The position numbers were made by a program, and so were the translations under genes. Source: Macrostomum lignano (taxonomy: Eukaryota). Taken from it: 64,000 nt of DNA. Each line of letters begins with the position of its first letter. The stretch's first letter is position 1. The notes under the pieces are model-generated. The model did no database searches, was not told the DNA's origin, and worked only from the letters and a program-made list of their open reading frames with translations. This document shows, one piece after another, positions 11,290 through 22,148 of this stretch. Where the stretch lies: contig NIVC01002657.1 of NCBI GenBank assembly GCA_002269645.1, positions 62,001-126,000 of the forward strand, written 5' to 3'.

Positions 11290-11933
11290 CTACTCATCTC
11301 CACTAATGGATGGCGCAGCCTCAGTACGATCCATACAATCCAAAGACTTCTTCATGGCGGTATGCACGTTCACAGAGGACTTGTACAAACTTCAATCACG
11401 CCTCTTATGCAGATATCGCCGAACAATCGCCTCCGACTTGTGACCCGTCACAAGCATGATGTCGTGGACAGCATGCCCTTCGCTTTCCAAGTCGCAAATG
11501 CGCGTGACTCTAAAAATGCAATGGTATCTTGTTCAGAAAGGTGAACAAACAATTATGCTTTTACTTTTACTTCGTAACACAAATATACTCACCTAATGCA
11601 GTGGTTGGTATAAGGCTTGCTTAACTTAGCCTTCTCGGATAGGTTCTTCATGAACTCTTGTAAATAACGCAGACCACGGTGTGCCTTATCAGAGAATATA
11701 AACTTCTTCCCAATGGTGCTCTTCATATGACGAGGTAGAAAGTGGTCGCCGGAATCCGAAATCACCGACTCGTACAGTTCTAGCAGCTCAAGATCATATG
11801 TTCTAGCGTGCTTCAATTCGGCGACCTGACCAGCGTCCAGTGTTGCTAATCGATTCTTCGATGGTAGCGTCGGCAAACAGGCATACTGCCGTCCATCCGA
11901 GTCGACACCTCGCACCAGAAAGTTCCGGTTGCT
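11290..11933 (-). pseudogene. Crypton-type tyrosine recombinase C-terminal part, with intron 11510-11592
   Basis: Spliced sequence ...SKN...MKNLSEKAKLSKPYTNHCIR|VTRICDLESEGHAVHDIMLVTGHKSEAIVRRY gives the HxxR, GH and catalytic Tyr signature. AG|GTGAG donor and TTTAG acceptor keep frame. TGA at 11392-11394 may be premature (next stop at 11290). Confidence 0.8.
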
Positions 11934-12200
11934 GCTAATAAACTAAGCTACTATTAGTTGGAGGGGTATCTCACAATAAGACTAATAAATAGACAGATTA
12001 TAATAGGAACAAGGAATACAGGATTTTGATGTGTTTTTGACTGCTAATAAACTAAGCTACTATTAGTTGGAGGGGTATCTCACTATAAGACTAATAAATA
12101 GATAGATTATAATAGGAATAAATACAAGATTCACATCTGTTGTTGACAGCTGCCAATGAAAACTGAACTACAATTAGCTAGAAAGATGTCTCACTATAAA
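11932..12200. repeat. Tandem duplication of about 110 bp (2 full copies plus a degenerate third)
   Basis: ctgctaataaactaagctactattagttggaggggtatctcac.ataagactaataaataga at 11932 and 12042. Confidence 0.85.
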
Positions 12201-12500
12201 AATAGAAAATAGTTCTATAAAGTTTTATAATTTTATAGTTCTAATAGAAAAAATATAAATGGTTCATTTTTTTCATTTTATGCATAGACAGCAGAGGCTT
12301 ATGGCATAAGGGACACATGTCTCCCAAAATAGAGTCATGTTGTCAAGAATTTTAACAGAATCCTTTAAAAAAAGAAAATTCTCACTGCTGTGTTGGTACT
12401 AATTTAGTATACTTAATATACAAATTTGATAATAAAATTATATTTTTTGTTCTCAGTTTAAATTATATATGCTATGAAAACATCTTTGGTAGGTATTAAA

Positions 12501-13394
12501 TGTAGTGACTGGCTGCTAACTGGTTATTCAGCAGCATTCACTAGCTTCCCCTATGAGTGCTGTGGTCCGCTGCACAGTAGCTCAGTCCACCTGATCTAGT
12601 GAGAGAGTTACCCTGTGCTGGGCCTAAGTGTTTATTGCCCGATGACTCATCGCCTGAGCAGGCGCGGGCAGCAACACTCAATGTCTTCCCACTCGCGCTT
12701 AGGAGGCGTAGCAGGATGACTCATCACCTGCGCGGAGTGTAAGGGCTCCCTAAGGAGTGTAGGGAGTAAACAGGATGACTCATCCGCCCAAGTTCTATTT
12801 TTTAGCACAGAAAAGCACGTGACTGTGCACGCACACTGTGCGTGGCCACTGACCTTGAGTCACGCCACTGCTGCGTGACAGGGTTGCCTTATTTGTAAGT
12901 TGGCCTTGTATCACGCGTCGCTCGCATGATTTTAGTGACCAAATAAGGAAGTTTCACGCGCTCACCGCATGAAACTCACGTGACTTTTGGGGGTCCGCTC
13001 GGCTATAAATACGGTGCATCTGAGAGCCGTTTATCTCCAGATCGGGAGCCGCGTTCGGGAGCTTCCTTGACTGGAGCTGCCTCTCTCATTTCAGGTTTTA
13101 CAGGTTTTCAGGTTCGAGCAGCATTCTACTAAGACGATCAACTGTCGAGACATTTTTCAGATTTGCCTTTGCTCCGAGCGACTTCGTTATTTTATTTCAG
13201 GTGACGGATAGACAACTCTGCCGACGCGTCGAGTCCGCACACCAAGGTGGTAGCAACCCTACCAAGTCAAGGCTAACGTTTTAGGTTCATTTACAGGCAA
13301 ATCGATAGGTAGTACAACGGTGCTATCTAGCTACTTCAGGAGCAGCGGGTTCTATTCTAGGAACATCCTAAAGAACCCGAGAAGAAGTAAAACA
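12501..13394 (+). mobile_element. Solo LTR (894 bp), Gypsy-like
   Basis: Starts TGT and ends ACA; 4-bp TSD TAAA at 12497-12500 and 13395-13398; TATA-like ctataaata near 13004; three GATGACTCATC motifs; no PBS or PPT adjacent. Confidence 0.7.
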
Positions 13395-14315
13395 TAAATA
13401 CAATGTTCAAGTGTTTTCTATATAACTAAGCTAGGCCTACCAACTTTTAGATCTATATTTTCCTGGAATTTTAAAACATTCATGCATAGCACAAATATAA
13501 TAACTTGCTGAACATAACATATACAGTCCAATATCCAGTTTATATTTTTGTTCTTCACAGTGGTCTTCATCCTCATAAGGAGCCACATCTGAGAAATTGC
13601 CATTATTTATGCAAATAGAAACTTGCTAAGAAAAGATGACACATGGCGATGATGAGCTGCAAGACAGGAAAATCTTCCCATTTCACGATTGATTTAGATA
13701 GATTGTCTCGGCGCAAGCCCGTCGAGTAGTAGGCCTTACACTATTTAATTTTTTTCATACGCACGCATGATGGAGGTAAGATCGCTTCTAAAATAAGACC
13801 TGTAAACTGTCGAAATGAATATAAATTGGTCGTCATAGTACAGTCAATGTAGCAAAGAAGCTCAAAACATTTACTTGAAACAACAAGTGAACTAATGTGA
13901 AGATAATTGACGAATTCACGGCCCGGCCTGGGCCGGACCGGGCCGGGCCGCGAAATAGCAACACCCGCACTGAAGACATCAACCAACCCTACAACAAGTC
14001 CTACATCGAGATGCACCGCCAACATTAGACAAAATATGTATCAAACGCTCAAGTGAAACGCCCGCCGACAACCAATCAACACCATAGCTATCTACAAACT
14101 TGGCCTCAGCAGAATTACTCTCCAGCCACCTACAAGCCCTCGAGATTAAATTACACCAAGACCTCAAGACAGTACACACGCAACTTACCAAGACACAATG
14201 CAAAATGTATACCCTCAACTTGAGATACAGTCGCACACTACACCAATTCGACATTGGCTGCATAACAACTTTTCAATGATTGTTTCTTGTATGCTCAGTC
14301 AATTGCTGGTCACTT

Positions 14316-14575
14316 TTTTTTCCTTAAAAAGCAAAGACCCTAGGATATACCATGCTCACCAATTTTAGCATCAATTTTACGCATCTATTGGCTTGTATTT
14401 ATGGGGGTTGGTTTTCGCTGCTCTGTATTGGCCGATGACAAGGTCAGTTGTATACTGTCTAGGGTCATCCCCCGTTTATATTTAGCTCGTTTAGTATCGA
14501 AAAATAGAAAGCGTGGGGGGTAGCCCGCTAACTGATAAAAACGCGCGCGCGCAAGCATCAATCGAAGGCAGAATG
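14316..14575 (-). repeat. Dispersed repeat module B, copy 2 (inverted relative to 5981-6240)
   Basis: Reverse complement matches 5981-6240 with few mismatches. Confidence 0.9.
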
Positions 14576-14611
14576 CAAGTCAGTCAGCCAGCCAGCCAAT
14601 TCTTCAATCTA

Positions 14612-14698
14612 TGGTTAGTTAAGTTAGCTATTCTCTTGCTTGCGAGTTTTGATCATTTCACGCATTTCACCCAGTCTCCGCTTCCTTTGATTGTTTCT
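14612..14698 (+). repeat. Dispersed repeat module A, copy 2
   Basis: Matches 175-257. Confidence 0.8.
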
Positions 14699-14719
14699 AC
14701 GTTTAATTGGATTGGATGG

Positions 14720-15410
14720 TCACATCACCTTAGTGACTGGTGATGTGACCTCTACTGGTGTTATGACCTCTACTGGTGTTTTGACCTCTACTGGTGTTAT
14801 GACCTCTACTGGTGTTTTGACCTTAGGGACTGGTGATGTGACCTTGGTGACTGGTGATGTGACCATGTTGACTGGTGATGTGACCCGACTGACTGGTGAT
14901 GTGACCCGACTGACTGGTGATGTGACCCGACTGACTGGTGATGTGACCCAACTGACTGGTGATGTGACCGCGTTGACTGGTGATGTGACCCAGTTGACTG
15001 GTGATGTGACCCAATTGACTGGTGATGTGACCCGACTGACTGGTGATTTAACCCGACTGACTAGTGATGTGACCCGACTGACTGGTGTTGTGACCACGTT
15101 GACTTGTGATGTGACCATGTTGACTGGTGATGTGACCCAGTTGAATGGTGATGTGACCCGATTGACTGGTGATGTGACCCAGTTGACTGGTGATGTGACC
15201 TTAATGACTGGTGATGTGACCTTGGTGACTGGTGATGTGACCTTGGTGACTGGTGATGTGACCTTGGTGACTGGTGATGTGACCTTAATGACTGGTGATG
15301 TGACCAGACTGACTGGTGATGTGACCATGTTGACTGGTGATGTGACCATGTTGACTGGTGATGTGACCTCTACTGGTGTTTTGACCCCTAAGGCTGGTGT
15401 TTTGACCTCG
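14720..15410. repeat. 21-bp minisatellite (core gactggtgatgtgacc), copy 2
   Basis: About 30 tandem units giving stop-free TGDVTxL / VTSPVxx heptad frames on both strands; same family as 1540-2208. Confidence 0.95.
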
Positions 15411-15709
15411 ATTACCGATCAAAAGCAGTTGCGCTAAATGAATCCAGCTGTTTTTCCTTCATTGGATATCAAAAGCGTCAGAATAGCAGCGTCAGTATAT
15501 TTATTAAAAATTGCAAAGCTACTGATAGAAAGTCTATGTGAATTGGCGATATGAAGATTCAAACGCTTGAAGTTATTAGCCAGCAGTGCGTTGTAGTAGA
15601 TTCCCAATTTATCCAGAATAGTAGCGCATACAGTTTCCATGCCTTTCCACACATAAGAAAACATGACTTGTTTTAGGACGCTAGCTATAATAAAAAGGGC
15701 TTATAATAG

Positions 15710-16195
15710 AGAGGCTGCTTCAACTGAACTCGCATCATGTAATAGACCTGTTGTATAGCGAAACTGTGATCATTAGATAATTGTAGTTAAAGTGCTATAG
15801 CATATTGCTCCACCTAAACATGCAGCATGTAAGGGACCTGTTATATATAGTGATAGTGCAAATGTGAAATAATAATAATTAAAGGGTTATAGCATACCCG
15901 AGAGGCTGCTCCACCTAGACATGCAGCATGTAAGGGACCTGCTACATATAGTGAAAATGCAATTGTGAAACAATAGTAGTTAAGGGCTATAGCATATCCG
16001 AGAGAGAGAGAGAGAGAGAGAGGCTGCTCCACCTAAACATGCAGCATGTAAGGGACCTGTTACATATAGTGAAAGTGCAATTGTGAAACAATAGTACTTA
16101 GGGCTATAGCATATCCGAGAGAGAGAGAGAGAGAGGCTGCTCCACCTAAACATGCAGCATGTAAGGGACCTGTTACATATAGTGAAAGTGCAATT
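15710..16195. repeat. Tandem repeat of about 120 bp (about 4 copies) with an embedded (GA)n
   Basis: gaggctgctccacctaaacatgcagcatgtaagggacctgttacatatagtgaaagtgcaatt repeated. Confidence 0.9.
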
Positions 16196-17172
16196 TTGAC
16201 ATGATTATAAAAGTGAATGGGAGTTCTTCCGCTTCAGAATTTCCAGGATGAGAGTTCGTACTATTTCATCTTCAAAGGCGTAGCTCCACTCGTGATATAA
16301 TAAAACATATTAAAAAAGCACAGTTGCAACTTACTTGATAGAAACGCGAAAGGTGAACGTAGTAGCTATGCTTATCTATACTAGAGAGAGCAAGCGAGAG
16401 AGCCGGGCGCAAGACGCCGCTCAACTTACAACTGAGCAAGAGCGAAATGGTCAGGGTTTAAAACATCGAGATGGACAGGTCGGCCTCAATCTATGTCTAT
16501 GGCTGCAACAACGTATCGAGAGTGATAAATCGATAGGGAGACTTCAAATTTTTATTCTATGGCAAAAAGGGGGCAGTAGAATGAGTATTCAGCCAGAAGG
16601 GAGTTTAGAGTGTACAAACAGCATGCTATATTATAACCCAGACAGTTTAACTTGTACTTTCTTAATCGCAAGCGCAGCGGTTCCCCAGAAAAAAATTGTG
16701 CGTGTGTGTGTGCTGTGTGTGCTGTTTGTGCATTAGGCATTTCTTGGGACAAGCGTGTATAAACTGACCCGTGCTATTAGGACCAAAAATGTGTTGGGCC
16801 AGGCCCAATATGTGCGTCCCGACACTTCTAAAAATCAAGGCTACTAAATTAAAAAATATTCGTTCGAACCGTCGTTCGATTCCCTTTTAAGAAACCAAAC
16901 AACAGAAACCATATTTCTTACGATACATGAGTAATTTAGCGATTAACAATGTCCCAACAGGTTAGGAAAATCATGCAAAACCATTTTTGGTTCAATAGAA
17001 CAATTGGGACTTTAATCATACTTTCATGTCTCGTCTTTTTATCATGTAATATTCTAAAAGGTCTACTTAAAGTAAAGCTGAATGCTTAATAAGGAGCCTG
17101 TCTAAAGCTGAAGAGATCAGATATCATTTGGCAGCGTGGTCGTGGCTACATAAGTTTTCCAGGATGTTTTGC

Positions 17173-18403
17173 TGTAAGAACTGTTAGTTTATCTCATATA
17201 CACTCTAATCTATAAAATTCTACATTCTAATTGTAAAATTTTCAACTCTGAAGTATACTAAAATTGGGACAATGTTTGACACTACTAACACTTAGTAACT
17301 TTATCGCTGCACTACAGGTGTATTGTTTCTATTGTTCCAACGTACTCTTCTCCCTATTTCACCTATCAGCGATTCGCGAGCATATTAATATAGAGCTTAA
17401 AATTTTAACAACCACAATTGCTACAATTAAAATTCTTGCATTCTTTTTCTTACGGAGAGATTACAGAGCAAAATAAGCCCCTAGGCCTCAATCCCTCTCT
17501 CACAAAACGTTTTGGCCAGGCTAAACAGCTTGGTAAAGAACTTTGTCCCAGCTTCGATCGATAATCGAGCTAACGCGCGTGTGTACATTCTGAAGTGTGG
17601 GGACACGCACAAATAAAACCCAATCAACCTTCTCTCCAGGCCAATTGAGTGTACATTCAGAAGTGTTAGGACAGCCAAGCCACCCCTATTTAGAGCCCCC
17701 ACAAACCTCTTTCAAAGGCCAATCGGAAGAACCAAACTAAATCTAGATTAAGACAATTTTGTTAGAATGAAATCTTTGTTTTAATAGGTTTGTTTTATTC
17801 GGGAAACAACGCTATAAAGAAATTTGTTTGTTCACGACCCGCGCACCCCACCTCCCCACTTTGAGACTATAAATACAAGCGATTGCGGGCAATTTTTCCT
17901 TCGCCCGCCGATTCTCTGATTCGGTTAAGAAAGCTAATCGTGTTGACTCAGTTCACTTGGAAAGCAGAAGAAAGGAGAGAAAAGCTGTGAGAAGCCAGAC
18001 GGAAAAGCTGTGAGAAGCCAGAGGTGAAGGCTGTAAGAAGCCAGAGGTGAAGGCTGTAAGAAGCCAGAGGAAGCTGTGAGAAGCCAGTAAAAGGGAGCAA
18101 ACGGATGAGTAGTTGGGCAACTCCTTCCCAGGGAAGCCTGTACGTAGGACTGAGAATTAAATATAAGAGTCTAATAGCAATAGTGGTAACCAGTAAAATA
18201 TATGTAGACCAGTGTTTGCCGCTCGACACTGCTACCAGGGCGACTTGCATAGATTCAAGGAGTCCTTAGGTTAAAATTCTAGACTTAATGTTTTTCTAAG
18301 AAACCATAATTGATTAAATAATTTCATAGAGTGATAGATATTCTAAATTACCACAACTTGTTGACATCGGTAGAATAATTTAAAATAATTAAACACCCCT
18401 ACA
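17173..18403 (+). mobile_element. Probable 5' LTR followed by reiterated tRNA-Leu PBS and a truncated gag-like start
   Basis: TGTAAGAA at 17173 (start tentative); ctataaata near 17867; internal gaagctgtgagaagccag repeats at 17970-18090; ends ccctACA. Then tggtggcaaagtgggat (18407-18423) and a second copy at 18460-18476. A short ORF MSNELQLRSIELKARFL* lies at about 18621-18674. Confidence 0.55.
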
Positions 18404-18899
18404 ACTTGGTGGCAAAGTGGGATAAAAATACAATAATATTAAAGAGCCCTACAACAACTTGGTGGCACGGTGAGATATCATTAGAAAAGACAGGAGTTAC
18501 ACCTGCGACAATTGCTTTCACTTTCTTGAATCCTTAATTCCTTTCAGGCTCTTCAATTATTTGTAGCCACATTTCACTTTTATTTTAAGCTTTCAGCTGA
18601 AATGCCTCTGACATCATCCATGAGCAATGAGCTGCAGCTCAGGAGCATTGAGCTAAAAGCTAGGTTTCTCTAGCTAGTGAAACCAAGCTATACACTTTTA
18701 CCATCATTTTAACTACCTTAAATCCATTTGAACATTTTAAACACCCTTTGATACACTTATTTTACTCTTATTCACTTCTACTTTTGCTTTACCTTTACTT
18801 TTACTTATTTACTTTTCAATTTTCAGAGAATTCGGAGATTTGCTATGAGGCAATTTGCTATTTGCTATTTAATTGCTATTTGGATATTTGCTATTATGG

Positions 18900-19270
18900 A
18901 TACGCAGCAGCAGCGTATGGCCACCTCGGTACGGCCAGGCACCCAGCCTACAAGAACAGAGCGGAGGCGGTTAGCTTTATTCGTTTCCGCACGGGCCACT
19001 CGCTGGAGCTGAGGGCCTACTGCCGGCGGATAGGCAGAACCACCGACGCAATGTGCCCGGCGTGCGGGACCGAAGAAGAAACGGTCGAACATGTGAGCAG
19101 TCAGTGCCCGGCCACGGAGATCAGGCGAAGGCTGGACGGGCCCACGGAGCTGCACCACCTCAACGAGCACCCAGAGGAGGCGCTCCAGTACTGGAACTGG
19201 TACCGTACCAAGTGGAAGGAAAACGATGCAAACTAGGATGTTCGCGCCTCAGCGCAAACAACAACAACAA

Positions 19271-19303
<33 letters not shown>

Positions 19304-19305
19304 CA
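18900..19305 (+). mobile_element. 5'-truncated non-LTR retrotransposon (LINE, I/R1/Loa-like) 3' end
   Basis: AVSFIRFRTGHSLELRAYCRRIGRTTDAMCPACGTEEETVEHVSSQCP matches the RxRTGH plus CCHC knuckle at the end of LINE ORF2. Stop at 19234-19236, followed by a (CAA)n(CAG)n tail. Confidence 0.85.
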
Positions 19306-19861
19306 GCAGAAAACCACGCAGCCGACTATGACTAGCAGCAGCCCTTGGCAGCTGCTGCCCACCACGGTAGCGGTGGACCATGCAGGGAAGGTGACGAAGG
19401 TCCAGTGGTGGAAGAAGGGAGGGGCCGGGGCGGCCACCAATTTCACGCCGCCGAGGCCCCGGTGCTTATGAAATAAATGAGGTTTGTCTAAGCTACCTAT
19501 ATGATACCTTTATTCCTTAATTCTTAATCCTTAATCGTTAATTCTTTAAATAAGCGCTATAGTAGTAAAATTATCCCCGTTTGCAGGTGTAAGTTTTCAT
19601 TGACTCTGGTAAAACACTATTTACTTTTAGCCATTATAGCACCATTTATCAAAATGCGATTGTCACACTACAATTCTAATGCAATATTACAACGTAGCAA
19701 AATGTACTCACATTCAATATGATTGTAGCCATAATGTCATATGTCGTGTCTTGTCGTGTTCATGTTTAACCAGAAAATTGCATGAGCCATCCTTCAAGCC
19801 CTATAGCAGGTTTATCTGCAAATTTAAAGAAGCAGATAGCAACTGCGTACGAAGATAAACC

Positions 19862-20770
19862 CCTCACTCCACCCTGTCAAGACGCCCGGAGACACCACCG
19901 GTTGACTTCGAACATGGCCGACTGCTGGAGCACCCCGGTTCTGCAGCCCGACCCGGTGATGACACCAGCCTGGAGCCGGACTTGGACACCACACGTGAGG
20001 CCACTGCGAGAGCAGCCCGCACGAAGAAGGTCCACACTCGCAACAAGGAGGCCGAAACTGCCCTGGCCGAAGACCTGGAGGCCACTGCGCAAGCAGCCCT
20101 TCAGCACGACGACCATCGCTGCAGTCAACGCCTGGAGACCGGTTTGGACAGCAACCCGGAGGCCACTGATACCTCAGCCCTCCGCAGCGACGCCCACGCC
20201 GACTGCCGTTACTTGGAGATTCGCCCGGACAAAACCTCGGAGGCCACTGCTGACGTAGAACTCCTTGATGATGTCCAAGACTGCGGGTCCCGGAACCTGG
20301 AGACGCCCATGGACCACGACTCAGAGGCCACTAAACAAGCAGCCCTCCTAATGACAGCCCACAACGAGAATCCAGACGAGCAACGTAAGTCCAACTCCCC
20401 GGAGTTTTACGCTGAGAGTTCTCGCCGTGTTGACAGAGGACAGACTCTCGCGACGGCTGCAAGGTCAACGCTCTGTCCCCCGAGCCGACAGACAGCTGCT
20501 CATCGCCTGTGCGGAAAGTCGAGTCCTCCTTTGCGACACCGCCCAGTGCTGGAGAAGACTCACCCAATTACGACGATGATCGAGCCGACGGCTACGGCTG
20601 CCTGCGACGAGGCGTGCTTCACGTGTTGCGTCTCGCCCTACAGCCAAGAGTCGCCTGGGCTGTGCAGTGGAGGCAAGTGCACTGCTCCAGCTGCGGAAGT
20701 TCCTGTCAAGAGAGCAATGATGAGAACTTCGAAACGAGATCAGCGATCGTACGCCGACGTCGTGAGATAA
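19862..20770 (+). CDS. Low-complexity Ala/Thr/Glu-rich reading frame, in frame with the downstream integrase
   Basis: Frame is open from just after TAA 19856-19858 to TAA 20768-20770 and continues in the same frame to the integrase ATG at 20858. Repeated gaggccact (EAT) units. No RT or RNase H motifs. Confidence 0.35.
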   Translation, partial: PHSTLSRRPETPPVDFEHGRLLEHPGSAARPGDDTSLEPDLDTTREATARAARTKKVHTRNKEAETALAEDLEATAQAALQHDDHRCSQRLETGLDSNPEATDTSALRSDAHADCRYLEIRPDKTSEATADVELLDDVQDCGSRNLETPMDHDSEATKQAALLMTAHNENPDEQRKSNSPEFYAESSRRVDRGQTLATAARSTLCPPSRQTAAHRLCGKSSPPLRHRPVLEKTHPITTMIEPTATAACDEACFTCCVSPYSQESPGLCSGGKCTAPAAEVPVKRAMMRTSKRDQRSYADVVR

Positions 20771-20857
20771 AGTCCCTCGGAGCGACCTAATCCCGACGCC
20801 GACAAGACGGAGTCGAGTGATCGACTGCGAGCCAAAGAAGCGGAGACTGCGGGAGTC

Positions 20858-22015
20858 ATGAACCCGCAGCCATGCCGCGCAGTGCTCACTGATTTTCTGA
20901 AGTTGCCGATGACGCGGCAACAGTTTGTCGACGCGCAGCGCGCCGACCGAGCTATCAGCTACGTGCTCAACTTGGTCAAGAACAAAGCCCTGAAGCCTGA
21001 GTTCGACGCCCGGTTGCGGCTGACGAAGGAGCAGCGGAATCTGCTCGGATATTACGATAATCTGCGAGAGGACAACGGCCTGCTGATGATCGATCTGACT
21101 GATGGCCAGCAGCCCCCGAAGGTTGTCCTGCCCGAAGCTCTAGATGCCCAGGTGCTCCAGGAGCTCCACAGTTCGCCACTGTGTGGACACCTCGGCCAGA
21201 CGAAGACGTTGAAGCGGCTACGTGAACGATTCTGGAGGCCCGGATTAGCCCGTGTCACCGAGAACTTTATCAGTAAGTGCCGTGCCTGTCTTGAAAGCAA
21301 ATCGCGAAGGCGAGATCGAGTGCCTGTACAGAGCTTCCCGGTGTGCGAAGTCCTGGGAAGAGTACATTGCGATGTAGTAGGCCCTATTGCCCAGAAGAGC
21401 TACATTTTGACGCTCTGCGACGCGACGTCGAAGTACCCGTTCGCCTATCCGATGAGGAACCAGAAAGCCAAGACGGTCATCAAGATCCTGCAGGAGCGCT
21501 TGATCCCTGAGTTTGATGTACCATGCTGGATACACACTGATCAAGGAACCAATTTCACTGGCTCAGCTTTCAAGAAGTTCTGCGACCTGTTTGGAATCCG
21601 GCATACGACGACAACACCGTACAATCCAGCTTCAAATGGGCAAGTCGAGAACCTCAACAAACAGCTGAAGAGTGTCCTCACCTGCCTCCTCGAGCGCAAC
21701 CATAACGACTGGGACACCTTTCTCCCAGCCTGTCTGATGGCTCTCCGCTCTAGTGTCCATCCGGTGACAGGTTTCACGCCTCACTACCTGGTGTTTGGTC
21801 GAGACTTCCGACTTCCAATCGACAACGCGATCAAGAAGCTGCCGGAGTATGCCGATCTGCCTGACTATGTCAAGGACTTCCAGCGCCGCTTAGACGAAGC
21901 GACCGAACCGGCCGTACGCTCTCCATTGGGTGGCCGTCCGCGTTGCCCGGTTTCTGGGCGGCGGCGAAGAGGACCTGCCAGCGATCCTGGCGGCCCCGCG
22001 TATGAGCTACTTTGA
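20858..22015 (+). CDS. Gypsy/Ginger1-type retroviral-like integrase (H2C2 zinc finger plus rve DDE core), C-terminus apparently truncated
   Basis: HSSPLCGHLGQTKTLKRLRERFWRPGL..CRAC (H2C2); RVHCDVVGPI, IHTDQGTNF and PYNPASNGQVENLN (D,D35E); DWDTFLPACLMALRSSVHPVTGFTPHYLVFGR. Similarity ends near 21905, with no GPY/F or chromodomain visible. Confidence 0.93.
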   Translation: MNPQPCRAVLTDFLKLPMTRQQFVDAQRADRAISYVLNLVKNKALKPEFDARLRLTKEQRNLLGYYDNLREDNGLLMIDLTDGQQPPKVVLPEALDAQVLQELHSSPLCGHLGQTKTLKRLRERFWRPGLARVTENFISKCRACLESKSRRRDRVPVQSFPVCEVLGRVHCDVVGPIAQKSYILTLCDATSKYPFAYPMRNQKAKTVIKILQERLIPEFDVPCWIHTDQGTNFTGSAFKKFCDLFGIRHTTTTPYNPASNGQVENLNKQLKSVLTCLLERNHNDWDTFLPACLMALRSSVHPVTGFTPHYLVFGRDFRLPIDNAIKKLPEYADLPDYVKDFQRRLDEATEPAVRSPLGGRPRCPVSGRRRRGPASDPGGPAYELL

Positions 22016-22148
22016 TTAACTGACGAGCCTGCGCAAATGTTCGCCCTTGATGAGGAAGAAGTTGTACCCCCCTTTCGCGCACTCCCCCGGAGCCTCGCAT
22101 GTGAATCCCGAGTCATGACTTCCTGCTCCCTCTAGCCGCGCTAATCAA

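Noticed and set aside
12640-12790. Spaced GATGACTCATC repeats and other regular arrays as a possible CRISPR array
   Set aside because: Repeats are only 11 bp, lie inside an LTR in a eukaryotic context, and there are no cas genes; the other arrays have no unique spacers.
5981-14575. Inverted B copies as TIRs of a single 8.6-kb transposon
   Set aside because: No TSD at the outer ends, and the interior is explained by independent elements; kept only as an alternative in the findings.
16860-16890. gttcgattccc as a tRNA or SINE B-box
   Set aside because: No A-box or cloverleaf around it; no tRNA, rRNA or hammerhead core was found in the window by eye.
17173-22015. LTR at 17-18.4 kb and the integrase as one intact Gypsy element
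   Set aside because: Only about 2.4 kb separates the PBS from the integrase, partly a LINE insertion, with no protease, RT or RNase H motifs and no 3' LTR.
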